Shown piece after piece: positions 7,270 to 13,539 of a DNA stretch of 15,152 nt. Origin of the DNA: an uncultured bacterium (GTDB lineage: Bacteria > Hydrogenedentota > Hydrogenedentia > Hydrogenedentales > JAEUWI01); NCBI GenBank assembly GCA_963977445.1, contig CAXBPH010000168.1, positions 1-15,152 on the forward strand, given 5' to 3'. The position numbers were made by a program, and so were the translations under genes. Position 1 is the stretch's first letter, and each line of letters begins with the position of its first letter. The notes below the pieces were generated by a model that was not told the origin of the DNA, made no database searches, and saw only the letters and a list, made by a program, of their open reading frames with translations.

Positions 7270-9980
7270 AAAGCGTGATCGGACAGTCGAATCATGTATT
7301 GATTGTCGAGGATGACGTGGCGACTGCAGAACTCGAACTACGGGCCCTGCGGCGTGCGGGATGCGAAGCTATGGTGGTCCGCACGTTGGACGAGGCGGTT
7401 GCGTATCTCGGGGCGTTATCGCCCATTGCGATCATACTCGATTTTAATCTGGGTAGCACGCCGGCCTGGCCGATTCTGGAAACTGGCAGAGCAATGTCCC
7501 CGCCGATTCCCGTGATTATGGTAACAGCCATGGGGGATGAGCGGGTCGCATCGGAGGCGATACAGCGGGGTGCTTCCGACTACGTAATCAAGACCGGTGA
7601 CTATGTGCGCCGTCTCACCCAATCGGTGGATAACATTGTCCGGGTGTCAAAGGCGGAGCGGGCCTTGCAGCAAATGAAGGAATGGCAGTCGGCCATTCTG
7701 AGTTCGGTGGAGTCGCATATTGCCCTGCTGGACGAGTCAGGCGAAATCGTTCTTGTGAACGACGCCTGGAAGCAATTTGCCGACGAGAATGGTATGGAGA
7801 ATCCCACGTACGGCGTGGGGCTGAACTATGATTCCGTTTGCAATGGTCTTCACGGAATGGACAAGTCGGATATGGCCCGGGCGAGTCGTGGTCTGCGCGA
7901 CGTTTTGGAAAATCGGGTTCTGCGTTTTCGGTTGGAATATCGTTGCTCCTGTAGTGCGGAAGACCGTTGGTTTCGGCTGGAAATATCGCCGGTTCGAAAC
8001 GCGTTGCGCGAGGGTGCGGTTGTTATGCATGTGGATATTACAGACCGCGTGTTATCAGAAAGCGCGCGATTGGCAAACGCGACGTTGCTGAACAATATTC
8101 TCCAGGGCGTTGATGAGGGCATCCTGGTTGTCGATGCCGACGGTAAACTCCTCAAATGGAACCGGGCGGCAGAGGATATATTGGGCACGGATGTTGGCGT
8201 CATTGGCGACGATTGGCTTGTATGGCTACGCCCTCAGCCGGGAGAGACGGGTATCCGCTCTTCGACGGAAGAGTTTCCGTTGGTTGAGGCGTTGGCGGGT
8301 AAGATAGTCGGGGAACAGGAACTTTCCATCAATCACCCGGAAGGTAGAACCGTATTTCTGAGTGTAAACGCCCGACCTTTGATGGATGCCACCGGGGCCG
8401 TTTGCGGCGCCGTAGCAACCTTTCGGGATATCACGGAGAAACTTGCCCGCGACGTGGAAATTCGTCGTATTGCTGCGGCGATGGCGCAGACGGCGGATGG
8501 TGTAACCATTACCGATACAGCGGGTCAGATCGAATATGTGAATCCGGCCTTCGAGAAAATATATGGCTATATGGCTGAAGAAGTGCACGGAAAGAATACC
8601 TCTCTGTTGGTGAGTACGGACGCGGATCAAGCGAACGACGATGCGTTGTGGGCGGTATTGAAATCGGGACAGGCCTGGAGTGGACGTTTGACCCGACGCA
8701 CAAAATCCGGGACGAACTGTATCGTGGAATCGACGATTACTCCGGTACGCGACAGTCTCGGCGACACGTGTTTCTATGTGGCGACGGAGCGTGATGTGAC
8801 GGCACAGGTAGCGATGGAATTACACCTGCGTCAGGCACAGAAGATGGAGGCCATCGGGGTTTTGGCGGGGGGGATTGCTCACGATTTCAACAATATTCTG
8901 GCGGCGATCGATGGCTATGCGCGCATGGCAGAAAGTCATCTGGAAGACGGTACCCAGGCGAAGGAAGACTTGTCGTATGTGATTCAGGGTGCCCACCGGG
9001 CAAAGGATTTGGTGCGCCAGATTTTGACGTTCAGCCGACAACGCGATGTGACCTTGAAAGAGGTTGATCTGAATGGGATTTTGCAGGAATCGGTGGAGTT
9101 GATGCGAGCGACGCTACCTTCCTCCATTTCGATTCGGACGAGCATCGATATAGACAGGGCCGAGGTTCTGGCGGATGAGACGCAGTTGCAGCAGATCATC
9201 GTGAATTTGTGCAACAATGCCGCCCATGCGATGAAACAATCGGATGGGGTCATTGATATTCGACTCTCTCCAGTGAAGGTAACACAGGAAAAGGCACTTG
9301 CCCTGATGGCACCCCTGGTGTCTGGTAATTATGCGCTGCTGGAAGTGGAGGATAATGGAACGGGCATTCCTGAAGACTTACGGGCACGCATTTTCGATCC
9401 CTTTTTCAGCACGAAGAAATCGGATGGCGGCACGGGCCTCGGCCTGGCAACCGTCTTGGGGATTGTTAAGGAGCACCGCGGCACGATAACGGTGGAGAGC
9501 ACCGTGGGGAAGGGTACCACGTTCTTCGTCTATTTGCCATTGTGCGTCTCGGCGACTGCTCCAAAAAAACAATCCCCCAAAGCCCCGCTCACCCGAGGCA
9601 ATGGCGAACATATTCTGGTGGTGGACGATGAAAAGCCTATCGCAGCGTTGTCAGGGCGCATGTTACAAAACCTGGGGTATCGGGTCAGCGTTTTCAATGT
9701 GTCGAGTGAGGCCCTGGAGACGTTTCGTGGTGCACCCGCAAGTTTTGATCTTGTCTTGACGGATTTGACCATGCCGGGTATGAAAGGTAACGAGCTGGCC
9801 GCTCACATGCGTGCCTTGCGACCCGATTTGCCCATTATTTTGCTTTCCGGATATGTCGAGGGCGAAGTCTTAGAGGAAGCCAATGTCTTTCGCGCGTTGG
9901 CAAAGCCCGTGCAGCTCAACGAACTCGCGAATACGATTCGCGAAGCCCTCGATTTGGCATCGGGTGGCGCGTCTGAATGA
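7266..9980 (+). CDS. Hybrid histidine kinase: REC-PAS-PAS-PAS-HisKA-HATPase_c-REC (CckA/NtrB-like core)
   Basis: N-terminal receiver (VLIVEDD...LDFNL...MVTAMG), three PAS-like segments, H-box LAGGIAHDFNNIL, QIIVNLCNNA, VEDNGTGI, FDPFFSTK, GTGLGL, and a C-terminal receiver (ILVVDDE...TDLTMPG...LAKP). ATGA overlap with the upstream gene; AAGGGAG RBS. Confidence 0.95.
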   Translation: MKSVIGQSNHVLIVEDDVATAELELRALRRAGCEAMVVRTLDEAVAYLGALSPIAIILDFNLGSTPAWPILETGRAMSPPIPVIMVTAMGDERVASEAIQRGASDYVIKTGDYVRRLTQSVDNIVRVSKAERALQQMKEWQSAILSSVESHIALLDESGEIVLVNDAWKQFADENGMENPTYGVGLNYDSVCNGLHGMDKSDMARASRGLRDVLENRVLRFRLEYRCSCSAEDRWFRLEISPVRNALREGAVVMHVDITDRVLSESARLANATLLNNILQGVDEGILVVDADGKLLKWNRAAEDILGTDVGVIGDDWLVWLRPQPGETGIRSSTEEFPLVEALAGKIVGEQELSINHPEGRTVFLSVNARPLMDATGAVCGAVATFRDITEKLARDVEIRRIAAAMAQTADGVTITDTAGQIEYVNPAFEKIYGYMAEEVHGKNTSLLVSTDADQANDDALWAVLKSGQAWSGRLTRRTKSGTNCIVESTITPVRDSLGDTCFYVATERDVTAQVAMELHLRQAQKMEAIGVLAGGIAHDFNNILAAIDGYARMAESHLEDGTQAKEDLSYVIQGAHRAKDLVRQILTFSRQRDVTLKEVDLNGILQESVELMRATLPSSISIRTSIDIDRAEVLADETQLQQIIVNLCNNAAHAMKQSDGVIDIRLSPVKVTQEKALALMAPLVSGNYALLEVEDNGTGIPEDLRARIFDPFFSTKKSDGGTGLGLATVLGIVKEHRGTITVESTVGKGTTFFVYLPLCVSATAPKKQSPKAPLTRGNGEHILVVDDEKPIAALSGRMLQNLGYRVSVFNVSSEALETFRGAPASFDLVLTDLTMPGMKGNELAAHMRALRPDLPIILLSGYVEGEVLEEANVFRALAKPVQLNELANTIREALDLASGGASE

Positions 9981-10034
9981 TCATGGTTTTTCGGACGGGG
10001 CAGTGTAAACCTTGTCGGAAATTTCGGTGACAAC

Positions 10035-11426
10035 TCAGGTAATGATGTCGTGGACCACATTGCCGTAAACATCGGTCAGTCGATAGTCCCGGCCCGCATA
10101 GCGGTAGGTGAGTTGCTCGTGGTCGATGCCCATGAGATGGAGTATGGTGGCGTGTAAATCGTGGACGTGGACCGGTTTGTCTACCGCGTGCCAGCCGTAC
10201 TCATCGGTCGCGCCATAGGTCATCCCCCCCTGCGTGCCACCGCCGGCCATCCACATGGTAAAGCCAAAGGGGTGGTGCTCCCGACCGTTCGTACCTTCGG
10301 CTGTGGGGGTTCGGCCAAATTCACCGCCCCAAAGTACGAGGGTGTCGTCGAGCATGCCTCGTGATTTGAGGTCTTTCAACAGGCCCGCAATGGGCTTGTC
10401 CGTGGCGGCACAATTGTTGGCCAGTTCCTCGCGCAATCCACCGTGTTGATCCCAGAGCTGACAGCTGGCGCGCTTTTCAGTCTGGGTGTGGTAGACCTGG
10501 ATACAGCGTACGCCCCGCTCGGCCAAACGACGGGCCATGAGGCATTGCTTTCCGAAGATGGCGGTGGTGGGTTCATCCAAGCCATAGAGTTTTTTCGTGG
10601 CTTCACTTTCGCCTTCGATGCCGAAGGCCTCCGGTGCCTGCGACTGCATACGGTAGGCCAGCTCAAAGGATTCAATGCGGGCATTGAGCCGACCGTCTTC
10701 TTCCCGACTGCGGGCATGCTGCTGGTTGAGGGCCATCAGGGCGTCGAGCTGGGTGCGTTGCACGCCTTTGTCGAAACGTCCGTTGGAGAGATTGGCAATG
10801 GGATTGTCCAGATCGGCGACCAGGGTGCCCTGGTAGGCGGCGGGCAAAAAACTCGAACCCCAAAGGGGCGCGCCCTGGGCCGGTTGGGCAGGACTCAATA
10901 CCACGAAGCCGGGGAGATTCTGCGTTTCATTGCCCAGGCCATAGAGGAGCCACGAGCCGAGACTCGGTCGGGAAAAAGTCTGCTCGCCCGTGTTCATCTG
11001 GAGGCAGGCCCCATTGTGATTGATGTTGTCGGCCACCATGGAGCGAATCACACAAAGGTCGTCGGCACAGGTGGCGAGGTGGGGCAGGAGTTCGCTGATT
11101 TCCATGCCACTCTGGCCATGGCGCGCAAACTCCCACGGAGAGCCGAGGAGGTTGCCCGTCTTTGTGCGCTCCAGCGAGGGTTTTTCGAAGGGCAGGGGCT
11201 TTCCGCTTTCGGCCCGCAAGCGGGGCTTCGGGTCAAAAAGATCGACGTGAGACGGTCCGCCCGACATGAACAGGAAGATGACCCGTTTGGCCTTGGGAAT
11301 GAGTTGGGCGGGATTGGCGACGGCTTTGCCATTGAGCACACCGGCGAGTCCGAGCATGCCGAAGCCGTTGGCAAAGGTGCGCAAGGCTTCGCGGCGTGTA
11401 GGACGATTAAAATTCGACTGCATCAT
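10035..11426 (-). CDS. DUF1501 domain-containing protein (463 aa) with a twin-arginine-like N-terminus
   Basis: Start reassigned to ATG 11426 because GGAGGT lies at 11435-11440. N-terminus TRREALRTFANGFGMLGL. Family motifs KAKRVIFLFMSGGPSHVDLFDPKP, RPSLGSWLLYGLG, SFELAYRMQ, WDQH, LDDTLVLWGGEFGRTP, VHVHDLHATILHLMG, RLTDVYG. Confidence 0.93.
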   Translation of the reverse strand: MMQSNFNRPTRREALRTFANGFGMLGLAGVLNGKAVANPAQLIPKAKRVIFLFMSGGPSHVDLFDPKPRLRAESGKPLPFEKPSLERTKTGNLLGSPWEFARHGQSGMEISELLPHLATCADDLCVIRSMVADNINHNGACLQMNTGEQTFSRPSLGSWLLYGLGNETQNLPGFVVLSPAQPAQGAPLWGSSFLPAAYQGTLVADLDNPIANLSNGRFDKGVQRTQLDALMALNQQHARSREEDGRLNARIESFELAYRMQSQAPEAFGIEGESEATKKLYGLDEPTTAIFGKQCLMARRLAERGVRCIQVYHTQTEKRASCQLWDQHGGLREELANNCAATDKPIAGLLKDLKSRGMLDDTLVLWGGEFGRTPTAEGTNGREHHPFGFTMWMAGGGTQGGMTYGATDEYGWHAVDKPVHVHDLHATILHLMGIDHEQLTYRYAGRDYRLTDVYGNVVHDIIT

Positions 11427-11452
11427 TTTTTGACACCTCCTGACGTCCTTCC

Positions 11453-11481
11453 AGTATAGCAGGGATCCTTTGCCGTGGCAC
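11453..11481 (-). promoter_or_regulatory. Putative sigma70-type promoter of the DUF1501 gene
   Basis: Minus strand reads GTGCCA-17 nt-TATACT with TG extension (TGCTATACT), 12 nt upstream of the GGAGGT RBS. Confidence 0.5.
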
Positions 11482-11529
11482 ACAGTAACCCGTCGTAATT
11501 TTCGCGAGCGAAATCCGTCACACGGCCGA

Positions 11530-12169
11530 CTAGTTTGGTCGACCGTAACGGCAGCGCGGGAATCTGGCACAAGAGAGAAAAGGTTTGCCCGCGTTTTTGC
11601 CTCGCTGGGCGACTTTTTTTACGAGGGGCCCGCCACATTTGGGGCACGTCCATTCCCCATCGCCGACGGGAGTCGCCACGGGCGCCGACAAAGTTGGGTG
11701 TTGGGCTTCACGGGCGATGGCGCAGCAAATTTGGGCAGAGAGCGCCGGGACGTCATATTGCCGTGCCGATGAGGAATTCATCCCGCTCCTGACGGTCACG
11801 ACGCTGATGGGAGCGGTCGTTCAGTTCGATGCCGCAAACCATCCGTCCCGAGTCCGCCTCGCAGAGGATGTAGTCGAAATGTTTGCCGGCGATCTTATTG
11901 AAGGCCTTTTGCCGGGTGCTGGCATCCAGACCCGATTCGGTTTTCAACACATCGGCCACGCGGACCTTTCCAAAGAGAACGATGCCATGGGGGAGGGCCT
12001 GTTGCAGGGCCAGATAGAAGCGCCATTCCGCGGGGGTGAAGAGATGCTCACGCTGCCGATAGGGATAGCGTTTTTTGGCCTCGAAGGTAAGGAAGAAGAG
12101 GAGTAGGGCCGCCACGACCGCGACCAGGATGCCGATAATGGGCATGGAGGAGAATAAGAGCGCTTGCAT
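11530..12169 (-). pseudogene. DUF2726 protein fused to a topoisomerase-type C4 zinc ribbon, split by a frameshift and probable internal deletion near 11765
   Basis: ATG 12169 with GGAGGT RBS. N-terminal TM segment, then DUF2726 motifs LFTPAEWRFYLAL, KVRVADVL, AFNKIAGKHFDYILC, IELNDRSH...RQERDEFL, which end abruptly in IGTAI* at 11753. A second frame (11530-11799) continues ARQYDVPAL...CPKCGGPLVKKVAQRGKNAGKPFLSCARFPRCRY, a zf-C4_Topoisom-type ribbon normally fused to DUF2726. Confidence 0.8.
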
Positions 12170-12209
12170 GTCAGGTACCTCCCAGGATGTTGGCCGTTGC
12201 TTTCGCAAG

Positions 12210-12218
12210 AGTATAGCA
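12210..12218 (-). promoter_or_regulatory. Putative extended -10 element of the DUF2726 gene
   Basis: Minus strand TGCTATACT about 40 nt upstream of ATG 12169, identical to the element in front of DUF1501. Confidence 0.45.
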
Positions 12219-12368
12219 GTCTGGCGTATAGGGGCGTCGAGTTTGCTGCGTGTGTGTTGTGGGACGGGTGGAACCTGTGGGACCTGTGAGGCAAAGGCGG
12301 CCCTAACGTGTGGCGGGTAGGTATTTTTTCGGCGAATCTTCGGCTGCGATGGACACAAATTCCGCAGG

Positions 12369-12397
12369 TTGCCCAACCGGGTGCGCTGTGTTATCTT
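12369..12397 (+). promoter_or_regulatory. Putative promoter of tnpA
   Basis: TTGCCC (12369-12374), 17 nt, then TATCTT (12392-12397) with TG extension. GGAGG RBS at 12446-12450. Confidence 0.45.
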
Positions 12398-12458
12398 GCT
12401 GCGAGTGGAGTTTTTCTAGCAAACCGACGCACGGGGCGTCAACAGGGAGGCATTCTTC

Positions 12459-12911
12459 ATGGGTTCGACGTATTGCAGTTTATTGTATCACGCGGTGTTT
12501 TCCACGAAAGATAGGAAGCGTTGGCTTGACGACGGCATACGGCAACGGCTCTACAGCTACATGGACGGGACCGTCCGCGAAAAGGGTGGCGTACTCATCG
12601 CAGCAAACGGCACGGATGACCACGTTCATCTGCTTCTTGGGCTCCATCAAACCAAGGCCATTGCCGACGCGGTGCAGGAAGTGAAGGCGAATAGTTCCCG
12701 GTGGATTCATGATTCGTTTTCGGAGTACAAAGATTTCGCGTGGCAGCGTGGTTATGGTGCGTTCAGCGTTAGTTTCAGTCAACAAGACAAGGTGGAAGCC
12801 TATCTGGCGAAACAACAAGTGCACCACCGGAAGGCGACATTCCAGGAAGAGTTCTTGATTCTCCTCAACGCACATCGGGTGGAATACGACGAGCGATATA
12901 TTTGGGATTGA
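12459..12911 (+). CDS. tnpA: IS200/IS605-family Y1 HUH transposase / REP-associated-type tyrosine nuclease (TnpA, 150 aa)
   Basis: YHAVFSTKDR N-terminal strand, HUH motif DHVHLL, VKANSSRW, FAWQRGYGAFSVS, catalytic Tyr helix VEAYLAKQ, C-terminal FQEE...YDERYIWD. Good RBS. No tnpB follows. Confidence 0.92.
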   Translation: MGSTYCSLLYHAVFSTKDRKRWLDDGIRQRLYSYMDGTVREKGGVLIAANGTDDHVHLLLGLHQTKAIADAVQEVKANSSRWIHDSFSEYKDFAWQRGYGAFSVSFSQQDKVEAYLAKQQVHHRKATFQEEFLILLNAHRVEYDERYIWD

Positions 12912-12920
12912 TGGGGCGAT

Positions 12921-13238
12921 GTGCCATCCGCTTCGCGGATTCAACAGGATGTCGTCACTGGTTCCTGGGACTTACGTCCCAGGCTATTGACTGGCGTCCA
13001 CTTCGCGGACTGTTTGGAGAGCTTTGTGGGATTGGTGTCATTCGCTTCGTGGATTCAACAGGATGTCGTCGCTGGTTCCATGGACTTAACGTCTCAGGCT
13101 ATTGACTGGCGTCCGCTTCGCGGACTGTTCGCAGAGCTTTGCGGGCTTGTGCCATCCTTCGTGGATTCAACAGGATGTCGTCGCTGGTTCCTGGGACTTA
13201 CGTCCTAGGCTATTGACTGACGTCCGCTACGCGGACTG
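12921..13238 (+). repeat. Tandem array of three structured repeat units (114-bp period) directly downstream of tnpA
   Basis: Units start at 12921, 13035 and 13149 (GTGCCATCCG / GTGTCATTCG / GTGCCATCCT). Consensus GTGCC-ATCCGCTTCGCGGAT-TCAACAGGATGTCGTCGCTGGTT-CCTGGGACTTACGTCCCAGG-CTATTGACTGGC-GTCCGCTTCGCGGAC-TG, joined by similar ~22-nt linkers. Confidence 0.95.
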
Positions 13239-13323
13239 AAATAAGTCTCGCGGGGCTGGATTTAAAGTCTTGCGCCGTTAGATGCCGTCGTGCAGAACCA
13301 AGACAACGTCTGACAACAGGCAG

Positions 13324-13421
13324 TTCAGCTCCGGAGGAGCGGTAGTCAATAGCCTGGGGTGGAGCGCAGCGGAACCCCAGGACCGCACGAGCCCCACGCT
13401 GAATCCGAGAAGCGGATGGCA
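13324..13421 (-). repeat. Diverged, inverted copy of the three-hairpin repeat unit
   Basis: Minus strand reads TGCC-ATCCGCTTCTCGGAT-TCA...CCTGGGGT(TCCGCTGCGCTCC)ACCCCAGG-CTATTGACTACC-GCTCCTCCGGAGC-TGAA: same order of elements and same CTATTGACT linker. Confidence 0.85.
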
Positions 13422-13439
13422 GAAGGAAATCATGGTGTG

Positions 13440-13502
13440 GGCATTCGCTCCCGGAGTTTGGTGTAGTCGATAGTTTAACCGGGGCCGATGGTAGGAGGAA
13501 AT
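13440..13502 (-). repeat. Degenerate, internally deleted fifth repeat unit
   Basis: On the plus strand, TTCGCTCCCGGAG (13444-13456), GTAGTCGATAG (13463-13473) and GATGGTAGGAGGAAAT (13487-13502) match TTCAGCTCCGGAG, GTAGTCAATAG and GATGGCAGAAGGAAAT of the preceding copy. The central hairpin is missing. Confidence 0.65.
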
Positions 13503-13539
13503 TGCAGTTCCTGCCAGTCATTTCACGCTCTACTTCTCC

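Larger units (their letters stand above)
12369..13510 (+). mobile_element. IS200-like / REPtron-like module: tnpA with associated palindromic repeats (boundaries approximate)
   Basis: A Y1 HUH gene sits next to five related hairpin units, inside the gap between the normally adjacent PSD1 and DUF1501 genes. Exact ends cannot be defined, and no target duplication is expected for this family. Confidence 0.55.

Noticed and set aside
9981..10034. Terminator between the convergent hybrid kinase and DUF1501 genes
   Set aside because: Only an imperfect stem (TTTCGGACGGGG/CCTTGTCGGAAA, with a mismatch and G-U pairs) and no clear U-tract; too weak to call.
10443..11459. Plus-strand 338-aa ORF, and similarly 13855..14784 and 12480..12944
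   Set aside because: Antisense to well-supported DUF1501, PSD1 and tnpA genes, with no family motifs.
11427..11570. Upstream extension of the DUF1501 ORF to 11570, and likewise of DUF2726 to 12376 and the secreted protein to 3166
   Set aside because: In each case a downstream ATG has a strong RBS and a family-typical N-terminus, and the extensions overlap promoter-like or neighbouring coding sequence.
12921..13238. CRISPR array interpretation of the tandem repeats
   Set aside because: The repeated part is ~90 nt, the linkers resemble each other (TTTGGAGAGCTTTGTGGGATTG vs TTCGCAGAGCTTTGCGGGCTT) instead of being unique spacers, and no cas genes are present.
12295..13283. Integron attC-like cores (CCCTAAC near 12301, GTTAGAT near 13277)
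   Set aside because: No matching inverse core at attC spacing, no L-box pairing, no integrase and no cassette array.
12902..13521. Short ORFs 12902..13105, 12921..13208, 13210..13521 and 13282..13473
   Set aside because: They are translations of the palindromic repeats. Indels between units shift the frame, so the conservation is at the nucleotide or structure level, not the protein level.
12912..13539. TnpB/IscB gene or omega-RNA-guided system downstream of tnpA
   Set aside because: No RuvC- or HNH-containing ORF is present in any frame. The region consists of short repeat units only.
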